A stretch of 58,874 nucleotides of DNA, from the NCBI GenBank assembly GCA_964639665.1, contig CAZXEU010000089.1, positions 1 through 58,874 of the forward strand. The letters are read 5' to 3'. Position 1 is the stretch's first letter. Each line of letters opens with the position of its first letter. The position numbers were made by a program, and so were the translations under genes. This document shows positions 1 to 9,886 of the stretch, piece after piece. The notes under the pieces were generated by a model. The model searched no databases and was not told the origin of the DNA. It saw only the letters and a list, made by a program, of their open reading frames with translations. The DNA comes from an uncultured Rhodothermaceae bacterium. Its GTDB lineage: Bacteria > Bacteroidota > Rhodothermia > Rhodothermales > Bin80.

Positions 1-927
1 TCCCTGGTGCGCGTATCGTGCATGCGGATACGGGGTCGCGGCAACGGCTACGGGACGGGTCTTGTCCGTTACGTCGGCAATGCTGAGCTTGTTGATATTG
101 GCGCCGATGCAGATTTCCCGGCCCGCGTACTTCCGGTCCGGCCCGCGATACGTGACGCACTGCGCGTCGTGCGTATAGCCGTCGGGAGACGGCTGGCCGG
201 TCGTGGTGTCGAGAAAGCAGCCCGCATATACCGGGCTCGCCGGATGGCGAATGTCCACCATGTGCAGACCCCGCGTACATACACTGCCCATGCCCCGGCT
301 TCCTGTGACATACGCAAACCCCGTTTCCTCGTTTATGGCAACGTTGTGGGCCGTGTCGAATCCCGTGTATCGGGCCGTTTCGGCAAATACTCCGGGCATG
401 GCCGGGCGGCCTCGCAGCTGCGTCAGGTCGAAGACCTGCAGCCCCGGCTTTGCGGTGGAGCCGTCGACCACCACGAACATGTGGTTGCCGTAGACCTTCA
501 TGTCCCTCCACTGGGAGGCGGCGCCGACTGCCGACGGCAGAATCCCCAGAAATGTGGCATTGACCGGATCGGTCACATCGACAAATGCGACGGCCGAATA
601 CAACCCCACGAGCGCATACTCGCGCCCGGTGAGCTCGTCGGTCCATCCCCAGATGTCACTCACCCTTCTCCTGGCATCCTGGGGGTGCAGCGCGAACAGC
701 TCCTCCAGCGAAAAATGCGCCAGCAAATCTACGCCCTGGCACGGATAGCGAAAGGCTGCCATCCCGCCTGTACAGCGGGCGGACTTGGGCGCAATGGCGG
801 CGTCCTGTCCGGCTGCGCCGGCACTCAGCACCAGGCCGGCCGCCAACAGGAATGCCCGGTACGGACGGCTCGGGCTGAGCGCAGGCAACCGGCGGCAGGT
901 AGGCCGCTGTCGGGTAGCGCCTTGCAT
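1..927 (-). CDS. choice-of-anchor B / LVIVD-repeat secreted protein, 3' end cut by the window edge (about 309 N-terminal aa present)
   Basis: Absent from the ORF track because it runs off the edge. Manual reverse translation from the ATG at 927-925 gives MQGATRQRPTCRRLPALSPSRPYRAFLLAAGLVLSAGAAGQD (signal-like). It continues SDIWGWTDELTGREYALVG, VAINEETGFAYVTGS, GLHMVDIRHP, YTHDAQCVTYRGPD, EICIGAN, ADVTDK, YAHQG. This is colinear with the protein at 954..2513, and the DNA is also visibly similar (for example gatgcagatttcccggcc in both). Confidence 0.7.
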   Translation of the reverse strand, partial: MQGATRQRPTCRRLPALSPSRPYRAFLLAAGLVLSAGAAGQDAAIAPKSARCTGGMAAFRYPCQGVDLLAHFSLEELFALHPQDARRRVSDIWGWTDELTGREYALVGLYSAVAFVDVTDPVNATFLGILPSAVGAASQWRDMKVYGNHMFVVVDGSTAKPGLQVFDLTQLRGRPAMPGVFAETARYTGFDTAHNVAINEETGFAYVTGSRGMGSVCTRGLHMVDIRHPASPVYAGCFLDTTTGQPSPDGYTHDAQCVTYRGPDRKYAGREICIGANINKLSIADVTDKTRPVAVAATPYPHARYAHQG

Positions 928-953
928 ATCGCGCTCTGCCCGTCTCGGGCCCC

Positions 954-2513
954 CTACCGCGCCAGAGTTACCAGCTGCGTAGCGATTTCCGATTCTCCAG
1001 CTGCCCGGATCGCATACCTGCCGCTGGGCAAATCGCCTGCCTCGAAGCGCAGGAGGTGCACTCCCGCCGGGAGCGGGCCATTGTGCAAGAGGCTGATTTC
1101 ACGGCCGGTCAGGTCATAGGCAGCTACGCGCACGCTCTGGGCGCTCGGCAATTCCAGCGAAAGGTTCGTGGCCGGATTGAACGGGTTCGGATGCGCGGGC
1201 AGTAGCCGGAAGCCGTCCGGCAATTCCAGCGACGCTTCGCTGTCGCTTACAAGATCCAGGCCGGCAGCCTGCAGCATGAACAGCCCTTCGGTCTGGCTCG
1301 TGACGAGGATGGTGCCGCTGGCGAAATACGGGTAGTTGCTCCAGGCACCCTCGTAGCTGGCATCATTGTCCGGCAAATAGGTATCGAAGTAGGCGATTTC
1401 CGCCGGGTCGAAAACGTCCGTTATGTCCACGATGCGCAGTCCCGAGCTGTAGTTGGCCTCGAATATGTAGTTGCCGCGAACATACAGGTTGTGGTCCGTG
1501 GATCCCGCGCCGGCGGAGAACCCGAGGATCATGATGGGATCGTCAATGACTGTCATGTCCCAGATGAGCGTTCGCGGAGACTGTCTTGCGTCCAGATCGA
1601 ACTCGTCGAATTCATCGTTCATGAAATAGTAGGCATGGTCCTCCGACAGCCAGCCCTGATGCGCGTAGCCAACGCCCGGATAGGACCGGGCGGCCAAGGC
1701 TACCGGCGCATTCTTGTCGGTCACGTCCGCGACGCTGATAGCTGTTTCATTGGCTCCGATGCAGATTTCCCGGCCCCGGTAGTGCTCGTCCGGGCCCCGG
1801 TATATCACGCACTGCACGTCATGCGTGTAGCCCGAGCCTCCTCTTCCGGTTGAAGTATCCGCGAAGCAGCCCGCGAAGGTCGGATTCACCGGATCGCGTA
1901 TATCAAGCATGTGCAGGCCGTAGGAGCATGCGGCGCCGCTTCCTCCCACGACGTACGCAAAACCCGTTTCCTCGTTGATGGCAATATTGTGGGCAGATCC
2001 GATACCCCCGTACCAGGCAGACTCGCTGAATTCAACAGGGGGATTCGCCACGCGGCGCAGATTCGCAAGATCGAACACCTGCACGCCGTGCGCACCGACG
2101 TTGTCAGCTACGATGAACGCGTGATCCTTGTATACCTTTACGTCGCGCCACCAGTTGTCCATGCCGGTGTGGGACGGGAGGACGCCGAGTACCACGGGGT
2201 TTATCGGATCGGTAACATCCACGAACGCCGTAGCATCGGATCTGGCCACCAGGGCGTATTCCCTGCCTGATTCAGGGTCGGTCCATCCCCAAACGTCATT
2301 GACTATCTTCAGGCCCGGGTTGGCGCCAAGAGGAAACAGGTCATCGATGTCCACATAAGCGAGAAGATCAATGCCCTTGCACGGGAAAACGCCTGCTTTG
2401 CCACCCGTGCAGTTTACGCGCGAGCCGGTTACGGTAGAGGGCGTCTGCGCGTTACCTGGCAGGGCGCAGAAGGCGAGCAGGGCTGCGCAGCAAAGAGACA
2501 GGAGCGGTTTCAT
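954..2513 (-). CDS. choice-of-anchor B / LVIVD-repeat protein with T9SS C-terminal sorting domain
   Basis: 519-aa ORF with signal peptide MKPLLSLCCAALLAFCALPGNAQ. Carries NDVWGWTDPESGREYALV, INEETGFAYVVGG and YTHDVQCVIYRGPD motifs. The C-terminus HPNPFNPATNLSLELP...RYAIRAAGESEIATQLVTLAR is typical of a Por/T9SS type-A sorting domain. Confidence 0.85.
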   Translation of the reverse strand: MKPLLSLCCAALLAFCALPGNAQTPSTVTGSRVNCTGGKAGVFPCKGIDLLAYVDIDDLFPLGANPGLKIVNDVWGWTDPESGREYALVARSDATAFVDVTDPINPVVLGVLPSHTGMDNWWRDVKVYKDHAFIVADNVGAHGVQVFDLANLRRVANPPVEFSESAWYGGIGSAHNIAINEETGFAYVVGGSGAACSYGLHMLDIRDPVNPTFAGCFADTSTGRGGSGYTHDVQCVIYRGPDEHYRGREICIGANETAISVADVTDKNAPVALAARSYPGVGYAHQGWLSEDHAYYFMNDEFDEFDLDARQSPRTLIWDMTVIDDPIMILGFSAGAGSTDHNLYVRGNYIFEANYSSGLRIVDITDVFDPAEIAYFDTYLPDNDASYEGAWSNYPYFASGTILVTSQTEGLFMLQAAGLDLVSDSEASLELPDGFRLLPAHPNPFNPATNLSLELPSAQSVRVAAYDLTGREISLLHNGPLPAGVHLLRFEAGDLPSGRYAIRAAGESEIATQLVTLAR

Positions 2514-2599
2514 GGTGGGTGTCCGTACTGGGTCAGGCGGATGGCAGGGGCATGGTCAGGCGCGCCGGGCAAGAGCTGGCAACACACCTGAAACTTCTT

Positions 2600-4279
2600 A
2601 TGAAGGCGCATTTCAAAGGATCCCGGATAGCCGCCGGTTGTGTCAAAAGAGTGTGGAACAATTATTACACTCTGCGGGCGCTCGTCAAGGAGTGGGGAGC
2701 ATGGCTGCCAGGCCTTTCCGTCCGGCAAGCCTATTCCCAGTCTCGTGGCGAGCTCGCAATTGCCTTGACCGAGGGTAGGTCGCTGCACGTGGTCATCCGT
2801 CCCCCGGCCATTTGCGCGTTTGGCCGCCGGGGACACGTCCGGCGCCGCCGCAATGTCGCCGAACTACTGCCTGCTCTGGCGGGCAGTGTGATCAGCGGCG
2901 TGAGCCTTGCGCAGGGAGACCGCATTGTTGTGCTGGATCTGCACGGCGGCTCGAAGCTAAGCCTCCAGCTCTTCGGGCCGCGGGCCAACGTGTTCCTCAT
3001 CGGCACCGACGGGCGCATCAGCGATGCTTTCCTCGGGGCACGCAAGTCGGCGGGTGCCCGGCCGGCGCAGCCTCGCTCCGCAAAAGTCCCGGCAGATCTG
3101 CAGCAGTTTCGGGCATGCTTGACGGGGGCATCTGTCGCGGAAGCCATCAAGCGCGCGGTGCCGTTCTTTGACACTCAGCTCTCTGAAGAAGTGATGCACC
3201 GGGCTGAAGTTGCACAGAAGCCTGCAGTTGATGTAACGGAGAGCGAGCTCCGCCGATTGTTTTTGGCAGTCAAGGAGCTTGAGCGGGACCTCTTGCACCC
3301 TTCTCCGAGGATATACTGGTTGCCGACAGGAGGCGGAGAACTGGCGCTCGCCGCTGTTGCCGGTCCGGACGAAGCCCGCGAAGAACGCTTCGAGACCGTT
3401 AACGAGGCGGTTCGCGTGCATGCCTTGCATACACTGAGCCGGCAGCGGTTCACAGCGCGGCACGGCAAGCTGGTCAAGGTAATCGGCAAGGCGCTGGCTG
3501 CCTCGCGGCAGAGGGAGGACATTCTGCGCCGGGAAGCGGCGCGCCCCGGAAGGCACGGCGACTATGAGCGCTGGGCCCATCTGCTCATGGCTTGCGAGCC
3601 GGAGCCGGCCGGCCGGGACCAGATCGTGCTCAAGGACTGGTTTGTTGACGGAACCCCGGTCACCATAAGGCTAGACCCGTCGCAGGGCACGGTACCGAAC
3701 GCCGAGCGCTACTACGCCAGGGCACGCAAGGCCAGGCAATCCCGGGCGCATCTGGCAGAGCGGCTGGAGTCGACGCGGCGCGCATGTGAAGCACTGGGCA
3801 GGGCCTGGGAGGCGCTGGGCCGCGTGGGAAGTCTTGCGGAATTGGAGGCATTCGAAAGAAGCCACTCGGAAATCCTTGGCACGGTGCAGCCCCGGACCCG
3901 CGAAGGCACCGGCGTCCGGTTCCGACGCTTCACTCTCGGTCAGGGCTATGCGGTGTGGGTGGCACGCAACCGGAAGGAAGCGGACGCGCTAACATTTGGA
4001 AGTGCCCGCAAGTATGACGTCTGGATGCACGCGCGCGGCTACAGCGGGGCGCACACCGTACTGCGCCTGCCCGGCCGTGATGATACGCCGGGAAAGGACA
4101 TCGTGGAACGTGCGGCCTCCATTGCTGCCTTTTTCAGCAAGGGCCGGCACAGCGCTCTGGTGCCGGTTACGGTCACGCGGCGCAAGTATGTGCGCAAGCC
4201 GCGGGGCGCAGCGCCTGGAGTAGTCGCGTTCGAACGGGAAGAAGTGGTCATCGTACCACCCGAGTGCCCTCCCGGCTGA
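2600..4279 (+). CDS. NFACT-family (RqcH/FbpA-like) protein with C-terminal DUF814/NFACT-R domain
   Basis: C-terminal region GYAVWVARNRKEADALTFGSARKYDVWMHARGYSGAHTVLRL...ERAASIAAFFSKGRHSALVPVTVTRRKYVRKPRGAAPGVV matches the NFACT-R/DUF814 signature. The N-terminus WNNYYTLRALVKE resembles Bacteroidota NFACT-N starts. The ORF is open from 2519. ATG 2600 or GTG 2651 are more plausible because 2519 lies only 6 nt from the divergent gene. Confidence 0.75.
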   Translation: MKAHFKGSRIAAGCVKRVWNNYYTLRALVKEWGAWLPGLSVRQAYSQSRGELAIALTEGRSLHVVIRPPAICAFGRRGHVRRRRNVAELLPALAGSVISGVSLAQGDRIVVLDLHGGSKLSLQLFGPRANVFLIGTDGRISDAFLGARKSAGARPAQPRSAKVPADLQQFRACLTGASVAEAIKRAVPFFDTQLSEEVMHRAEVAQKPAVDVTESELRRLFLAVKELERDLLHPSPRIYWLPTGGGELALAAVAGPDEAREERFETVNEAVRVHALHTLSRQRFTARHGKLVKVIGKALAASRQREDILRREAARPGRHGDYERWAHLLMACEPEPAGRDQIVLKDWFVDGTPVTIRLDPSQGTVPNAERYYARARKARQSRAHLAERLESTRRACEALGRAWEALGRVGSLAELEAFERSHSEILGTVQPRTREGTGVRFRRFTLGQGYAVWVARNRKEADALTFGSARKYDVWMHARGYSGAHTVLRLPGRDDTPGKDIVERAASIAAFFSKGRHSALVPVTVTRRKYVRKPRGAAPGVVAFEREEVVIVPPECPPG

Positions 4280-4464
4280 ACAGGAGACTGTTGTGCAGCC
4301 GTCCGGCCCTTCGGCCCGGCTGGAACTATTGTTGTGCCCTGCCGGAGCCCGGCAGGCTTTCCGTGCTTTCGATGCACCCAATTGCCGCTCCGGGCGTTGT
4401 GTGCGGCGCATCACGGCTTGCGGCCCCGGCCAGCGAGCCGGCGCGAAAACAGGGCCGAGCTGCC

Positions 4465-4484
4465 TAAATAATACTATAGTCTAG
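4465..4484 (+). promoter_or_regulatory. AT-rich island (taaataatactatagtctag) 19-38 nt upstream of the uppP ATG; candidate promoter element
   Basis: The only strongly AT-rich patch in an otherwise GC-rich 220-nt intergenic region, directly upstream of uppP. It contains TATAGT/TACTAT -10-like hexamers. There is no experimental or consensus proof. Confidence 0.2.
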
Positions 4485-4502
4485 GGCGAAATCACGGGAC
4501 CG

Positions 4503-5312
4503 ATGAACTGGTGGGAGGCGGCCATTCTTGGACTCATCCAGGGACTGACAGAGTTTCTTCCTGTGTCGTCCTCCGGCCATCTGGTGCTGGTGCAACACTT
4601 TCTTGGCGCCAGCCTCTCGGGCGATGGCGACGTGACGTTCGAGGTCTTTGTGCACTTGGGAACTGCACTCAGTATCTGCACGGTCTACGCCCGTCATCTT
4701 CGGGTCCTTTCTGCGGCAACCCTGCGCGCCATGATGTACCCTCAGAAGGCGATGGATCAGTTTAGGAGCGACGAAAATCTGCGCATGGTGTGGTATGTTG
4801 CGGTATCTGCAGTGCCCGCCGCCTGCGCGTATCTCCTGTTTTCCGATCCAATCGAGCGAGCTTTTGCGGATCCGCAGCTGGCCTGTTTACTCTTGCTCGT
4901 AACGGGCCTCCTGCTCCTGCTCACGCTGCTGTGCAGGCAGGCCTCGGGCCCCATGACTGGCTCCCGGGCACTCGTAACTGGGTTTGCCCAGGCTTGCGCC
5001 ATGCTTCCGGGCATTTCCCGGTCCGGCGCTACCATATGCGCGGCACTGTACCAGAACGTGGAGCCGCGGCGCGCGGCGGATTTCTCGTTTCTGATGCTGC
5101 TTCCCGTTGTCGTGGGCGGCGCGCTGCTCAAGCTCGGTCAGTTGGCCGGCGCTCCTGCCTCCTGGCTGCCGGTTGGCGTCGGGACACTGGTGGCCTTTAT
5201 TGCCGGAGTTGCAGCGATTCGGGTGGTTCTGAGAGTGGTCAAGCGCGGTCACCTGTACTACTTCGCCTTTTACTGCTTCGCCGTCGGCATTGCGGGACTG
5301 CTGCTGCTGTAG
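4503..5312 (+). CDS. uppP: undecaprenyl-diphosphate phosphatase
   Basis: MNWWEAAILGLIQGLTEFLPVSSSGHLVL is the BacA/UppP N-terminal signature. The 269-aa protein is polytopic membrane, with a second conserved block PGISRSGATI. Confidence 0.9.
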   Translation: MNWWEAAILGLIQGLTEFLPVSSSGHLVLVQHFLGASLSGDGDVTFEVFVHLGTALSICTVYARHLRVLSAATLRAMMYPQKAMDQFRSDENLRMVWYVAVSAVPAACAYLLFSDPIERAFADPQLACLLLLVTGLLLLLTLLCRQASGPMTGSRALVTGFAQACAMLPGISRSGATICAALYQNVEPRRAADFSFLMLLPVVVGGALLKLGQLAGAPASWLPVGVGTLVAFIAGVAAIRVVLRVVKRGHLYYFAFYCFAVGIAGLLLL

Positions 5313-5409
5313 GGCCTCCGTGCGGGCGGCTCAATTCGCGGCGGAGCGAGTTGTATCAAATGGGCGCGCTGTGCCGTAAACCGTAGCAAGTCGGCAAGCA
5401 TCAGGAATC

Positions 5410-6225
5410 ATGCAGTTCACATCGTACGAAAAGGAGGCCCGCAGGGAAATTGATCGCTGGCTGCGAGGGGACGGCTCCCTTTTTGCGCAGGCGGTAAACC
5501 TGGTCATGAAACCGGTGGACTGGGTTGTGGAGCAGGCCGTTCCGGCCGGCATCGTTGCGCGGGCGGGCGAAGCCGTGGAGCAGTTTCTGGAGAAGCTCAA
5601 CGACGCTTCCAGATGGATTCCCGAAACGGGCGATGTGGTTTCGGCGGCGCAGGCTCGGGGATTCCGGATAGCACGGGTGGAAGACCTCAGGCAAGAGCCT
5701 CTGGAAGATCTGGACGCGCTGGCGCGCCGCTGCTTCTCGGAAAACATGATTCTGGCGGCTCTCGGCGGAGGGGGGACCGGACTGGGCGGCGCCGTATTCA
5801 TTGCGGCGGATATTCCGCTGCTGTTCATGATCAATTTCCGGCTGATACAGCAGATAGGAGCCTCGTACGGATTTCCCATGACGAGCCCGGAGTATTCTCC
5901 CGTGGTGCTGTCCATCTTCAATGCTGCCGCAGCCAACCTGCGCGACGCCAGGAGCATGGCCTTGCGAGAGGTGAGCGTGGCAGCGGCCGCACTGGCCGGC
6001 AATACGGCGTACAGGGGGCGTGTGCGCGGCACGCTGCCGGACCAGAGCAGGCACTTGCCGCGCGAATTGGCCAAGAACCTGGTGGGACGCAAGCTGCTGC
6101 AGACCATTCCGCTGGCCGGGGCTGCTGTGGGCGCGGGCATCAACTACTGGTTTACCAGCGAGACCGCCTGGACAACCTACATGCTCTTTCGGAGCCTGTA
6201 TCTTGAACACAAGGACAGGCAGTAG
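5410..6225 (+). CDS. EcsC-family protein
   Basis: 271 aa. Has the YEKEARREIDRWL N-terminus, a glycine-rich LGGGGTGLGGAVFIAADIPLLF block and GAAVGAGINYWFT, as I remember for the EcsC family (PF12787). Recognised by eye only. Confidence 0.55.
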   Translation: MQFTSYEKEARREIDRWLRGDGSLFAQAVNLVMKPVDWVVEQAVPAGIVARAGEAVEQFLEKLNDASRWIPETGDVVSAAQARGFRIARVEDLRQEPLEDLDALARRCFSENMILAALGGGGTGLGGAVFIAADIPLLFMINFRLIQQIGASYGFPMTSPEYSPVVLSIFNAAAANLRDARSMALREVSVAAAALAGNTAYRGRVRGTLPDQSRHLPRELAKNLVGRKLLQTIPLAGAAVGAGINYWFTSETAWTTYMLFRSLYLEHKDRQ

Positions 6226-6252
6226 CCCTCCCCGCGGCGCCTGCTCCCGAAA

Positions 6253-7599
6253 ATGGCGTGGCTGGACATGGCGCAGGCACTGGCTGCAATAGTAGGGCGT
6301 CCCAATGTGGGCAAGTCGACGCTCTTCAATCGCCTGACCGAGACGCGTGCGGCCATCGTGCACGATGTTGCCGGGGTCACGCGCGACCGCCTGTTCGGGA
6401 CCGTGGAATGGAACGGGCGCACGTTTTCCGTTGTGGATACGGGAGGCCTGGTACCCAGGTCAGCAGAGCGCTTCGAGCGCGCCATCCGGGAGCAGGTGGT
6501 GCTCGCGCTGGAAGACGCGGACGTGGTCCTGTATGTGGCAGATACCACTACCGGGATCACGGACCTGGACCAGGAGATCGCGGCTATGCTGCGCGGAAGC
6601 GCCAAGCCGGTGCTGGTGGCAGCCAACAAGGCCGACAATGCGGAACGCCGGCTGGAAGCTGCCGACTTCTACGGACTGGGCCTCGGCGAGGTCTTTCCCG
6701 TCAGTGCGATCAACGGAATGGGGACTGGGGAATTCCTTGATGCCCTGGTGGAAGCGCTGCCGCGGGAGGTAGCGGCAGCCGGGGCTGATCTGCGTCCCCG
6801 CATTGCACTCGTCGGGCGCCCCAACGTGGGCAAGTCGCTTCTCAGCAATGCACTTCTGGGCCGGCAGAGAAGCGTCGTCACCAGCATAGCCGGTACCACC
6901 CGGGATGCCGTGGATTCGGTTCTATCGCACGAAGGCCAGGAGATTGTCCTGGTTGACACCGCAGGGCTGCGCAAGAGGGCGCGCGTAACCGAAAACGTGG
7001 AGTTCTTTGCTGCGCTTCGCACCCGGCGGGCCATTGAGTCATGTGACGTGGCCGTGCTGCTGCTGGATGCCAGCCTTGGGCTGGAGGCCCAGGACATCAG
7101 GGTGCTGAAGGATGCCGAAGAACACGGGAAGGGTCTCGTCATAGCCGTCAACAAGTGGGACCTCGTTGCCAAGGAAACGAACACGGCAAGGGACGTGGAG
7201 CGGCATATACGCAGGCGTCTGAAGACCCTCGACCATGTCCCCGTGGTGTTTGTTTCGGCAAAGACCGGACAGAGGGTTCGAAGACTCCTTGACATTTCGC
7301 TCGGCGTCGTAGCAGAGCGCAGGCGCAGGATAGCCACGGCGAGACTCAATGCCGTGCTGCAGGAGGCCGTTGGGGCACATCATCCGGCCACACACCGGGG
7401 TAAGTTTGTGCAGCTCAAGTATGCCGCGCAGGTGGGGGTCGAACCACCGGTAATCGCCGTTTTTTGCAATCATCCCAAGGCCATTACGGAGTCATACGCT
7501 CGCTATCTCGCAAACCGGTTTCGCGAAGCGTTCGGATTTAGCGGCGTACCCCTGAAGCTGGTTTTCAGACGCAAGTCCCAGCGGGAACCATCGCGTTGA
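6253..7599 (+). CDS. der: ribosome-biogenesis GTPase Der (EngA)
   Basis: Two tandem G domains, with [14 protein letters not shown] / DTGG / NKAD and [14 protein letters not shown] / DTAG / NKWD, plus a C-terminal KH-like domain. The start may be the ATG at 6268 ([13 protein letters not shown]). Confidence 0.92.
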   Translation: MAWLDMAQALAAIVGRPNVGKSTLFNRLTETRAAIVHDVAGVTRDRLFGTVEWNGRTFSVVDTGGLVPRSAERFERAIREQVVLALEDADVVLYVADTTTGITDLDQEIAAMLRGSAKPVLVAANKADNAERRLEAADFYGLGLGEVFPVSAINGMGTGEFLDALVEALPREVAAAGADLRPRIALVGRPNVGKSLLSNALLGRQRSVVTSIAGTTRDAVDSVLSHEGQEIVLVDTAGLRKRARVTENVEFFAALRTRRAIESCDVAVLLLDASLGLEAQDIRVLKDAEEHGKGLVIAVNKWDLVAKETNTARDVERHIRRRLKTLDHVPVVFVSAKTGQRVRRLLDISLGVVAERRRRIATARLNAVLQEAVGAHHPATHRGKFVQLKYAAQVGVEPPVIAVFCNHPKAITESYARYLANRFREAFGFSGVPLKLVFRRKSQREPSR

Positions 7600-7691
7600 G
7601 CGCAGTCCCTGAGAGCTTCCCTCTGGCGAAGCTGACGGAACATTCGCGCCTCCTGCGGTATACCGGCCACTGCCAGACCAGCGGAGCAGCC

Positions 7692-8387
7692 ATGCCCGGA
7701 TTTCCCAAGATCACGAAGGCGGAGAACGAACGCTCGCTTAACATCTGGGAGCGCCTTTACCTGCCGGAGATCTTCAAGGGACTCGGATACAGTTTCCGCA
7801 AGCTCGTCAAGGAGCCGCAGTACACGGTGGAGTACCCGGATGAATTGTGGGATCCTCCCGACAGCTATCGCGGCAGGCCCGTGCTGGTCGAGGAAGACGG
7901 CAAGACCCGGTGCGTGTCGTGCAATCTGTGCGCCCGTGCCTGTCCTCCCATGGCCATCTCCATGCAGTCCAAGGAAGTGGACGATCCCCGCAGTCCCAAG
8001 GAGCGGGAGCCCGCCTGGTTCGAGATCAACATGCTCCGGTGCATCTACTGCGGCTTCTGCGAGGAAGTCTGCCCGGAAGAGGCGATTGTCATGTCGAAGG
8101 AGTACGATCTCACGTTTCACAGCCGCGAGGACGCCATCTTCGGGCTGGAGCGTCTGATGGTCCCCGTGGATCGGCTTCGGGACCGGCTGGCGTACCTCGA
8201 AGAGTACCGCAATCCACAGGAGAATCCGGATGCCTGGAACCACAAGGCAGAAAACAACCTCCACAGCCTGCGCGACCGGCACTTTCTAGAGGAGCTAATG
8301 GCAGGCGGGATGCACGACCTGGAGAATACGCACCTCAGGGAAGAGGAGCCCATTGCGGCCGGCAACACCTGGGATGGCGCGGACTGA
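7692..8387 (+). CDS. nuoI: NADH-quinone oxidoreductase subunit I (2x[4Fe-4S] ferredoxin subunit), stand-alone copy with a C-terminal extension
   Basis: Two CxxCxxCxxxCP motifs: [12 protein letters not shown] and [12 protein letters not shown]. The NuoI-like N-terminus is [23 protein letters not shown]. The ORF is open from TTG 7596, but ATG 7692 ([11 protein letters not shown]) fits NuoI length better. About 70 extra residues follow the ferredoxin core. Confidence 0.8.
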   Translation: MPGFPKITKAENERSLNIWERLYLPEIFKGLGYSFRKLVKEPQYTVEYPDELWDPPDSYRGRPVLVEEDGKTRCVSCNLCARACPPMAISMQSKEVDDPRSPKEREPAWFEINMLRCIYCGFCEEVCPEEAIVMSKEYDLTFHSREDAIFGLERLMVPVDRLRDRLAYLEEYRNPQENPDAWNHKAENNLHSLRDRHFLEELMAGGMHDLENTHLREEEPIAAGNTWDGAD

Positions 8388-8856
8388 GCCGGCAGCGCAG
8401 CGCGCAGCGGTGCTTTCCCAGTTGCAGCATCTTGTCGACGAAGCCGGTGCCACCAAGCCATTGGTTGCCCGGCTGCCGAGTCCTGTGCTGCAGCAGCGCC
8501 CGACGCCTGACGCTCCTTCGGTAACGGAACTTTACTGCGCACTTGCCGCCTGGGACAGCGAGGTATTCCTGCCGCTGGTGCGGCGGATGGTTGCCGAAGA
8601 TGTGCCGCGGCATGCGGAGCCGGCGCCGATGCCGGAGCAGGCGCAGGAAGGCTCCATCGGGGCTGTCCTTGACCGCGTGCTAGCATCCCGCCAGGCCCTG
8701 GTTGCCTTTGTCCGGGATCTGCCGTCGTCCGCCTGGAACCGGCAGGCCATACTGTGGGGAAGGCGCTACGACTTGTTTGGAATCCTGCATCTGGCTACGC
8801 AGCATACGACGGAAATACTGCGATCCGTGGCCGGCCAGCTAAACGCTCGCCTTTGA
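8374..8856 (+). CDS. hypothetical protein, possibly DinB-like helical bundle
   Basis: 160-aa ORF whose ATG overlaps the nuoI stop. The C-terminal ...[23 protein letters not shown] resembles the last helix of DinB_2-type proteins. This is a weak call. Confidence 0.4.
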   Translation: MARTEPAAQRAAVLSQLQHLVDEAGATKPLVARLPSPVLQQRPTPDAPSVTELYCALAAWDSEVFLPLVRRMVAEDVPRHAEPAPMPEQAQEGSIGAVLDRVLASRQALVAFVRDLPSSAWNRQAILWGRRYDLFGILHLATQHTTEILRSVAGQLNARL

Positions 8857-8857
8857 G

Positions 8858-9886
8858 ATGAAGGGCCGCGGAAGGACGTATGCGGACCTGAGGTCCGAAT
8901 TCCGCAGCGGTGCCTTCCAGCCGCTTTATTTCCTTTACGGCTCGGAATCCTTTTTCATGGACGAGTTGCACAGCGAGCTTCTCGCCAGTGCGCTTCAGCC
9001 GCACGAACGGGATTTCAATTGCGATGTCGTCTACGGGCCGGAGACGAATGCGACGGCGGTGCTGGGCCTGTGCACCGCCTACCCCATGATGGCGGCGCGC
9101 CGCGTCGTGGTAGTGCGCAGCTTCGAGCTTCTCAAGGACAATGCCAAGTTTGCCAGGTATGCGGCGTATCCGAATCCGGCGGCCGTGGTGCTGTTAATTT
9201 ACAACGGAAGGCCAAGGTTCAACGCGGAGCCGTACAGGTCGCTTAAGCGGCTGTCGGTGTCTGCGGAATTCCGCCCGCTGTATGACAATGAAGTACCGGC
9301 GTTTGTGGCCGCTCGCCTTCAGGATGCCGGTTGCCGGGCGTCGCAAGACGTATCACAGATGCTGGCAGACTATGTGGGCACGTCCCTGCACAGTGTGGCA
9401 AACGAGATTGACAAGCTGCTCACATACCTGGGAGAGCGGCGCGACCTTGCGCCGGAGGACGTCATTCAGGCCAGCGGCCAGACGCGCGCCTTCAATGTCT
9501 TCGAACTGCAGCGCGCTCTGGGGGAGGGGCGCAGGGAGGAGGTTCATCTCATTGGTGAGCGCATACTGGGGGGAGCCTCCAACAGGCGCGGTGAGGCGCT
9601 GAGGATCGTCTACGTACTCCACAGTTTCGTGGCGAAGCTGTGGAAGCTCCAGGGTTATCGGGGCGGCAAACGGACTTCCAAGGAATTGGCCGCCCACATC
9701 GCTGTGTCGCCGTTTGTGCTCCGGCAGTACCAGTCAGCCTTGCGAAGGACTTCCGCACCGGCCCTTGAAAAGGCATTCGCAGCGCTATTGGCAGCCGACT
9801 TCGAACTGAAGGGCGGATCACGGCGGGAAGAGGGCCTCGTCATTACTCTGCTGCTGCGAAGGCTGCTCGAGAGCTTTTCCTCCTGA
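8858..9886 (+). CDS. holA: DNA polymerase III subunit delta
   Basis: 342 aa. The N-terminus FQPLYFLYGSESFFMDE and overall layout match HolA (delta N-terminal domain, then helical domains ending ...LKGGSRREEGLVITLLLRRL). Confidence 0.8.
   Translation: MKGRGRTYADLRSEFRSGAFQPLYFLYGSESFFMDELHSELLASALQPHERDFNCDVVYGPETNATAVLGLCTAYPMMAARRVVVVRSFELLKDNAKFARYAAYPNPAAVVLLIYNGRPRFNAEPYRSLKRLSVSAEFRPLYDNEVPAFVAARLQDAGCRASQDVSQMLADYVGTSLHSVANEIDKLLTYLGERRDLAPEDVIQASGQTRAFNVFELQRALGEGRREEVHLIGERILGGASNRRGEALRIVYVLHSFVAKLWKLQGYRGGKRTSKELAAHIAVSPFVLRQYQSALRRTSAPALEKAFAALLAADFELKGGSRREEGLVITLLLRRLLESFSS

Noticed and set aside
7-1119. 370-aa plus-strand ORF at the start of the window
   Set aside because: It is antisense to the clearly homologous choice-of-anchor-B gene at 1..927. 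The translation is Arg/Gly/Ala/Pro-rich with no motif, typical of a spurious open frame in GC-rich DNA.
2519-2599. ORF-track N-terminal extensions of real genes (NFACT 2519, nuoI 7596, rpoZ 20619, S9 peptidase 23968, GH 27879, TfoX 29146, DUF819 31184, recG 38905, esterase 46090, paralog 2 47911, small secreted 54187)
   Set aside because: In each case a downstream start gives a canonical signal peptide or the conserved family N-terminus. The extension is non-conserved-looking, often starts at TTG/GTG, and overlaps the neighbouring gene or the divergent promoter region. Only the first such interval is given in the coordinates.
5331-6363. 270-aa and 320-aa minus-strand ORFs opposite the EcsC-family gene
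   Set aside because: They overlap each other and the plus-strand gene. They have no motifs and show the same GC-rich antisense artefact.
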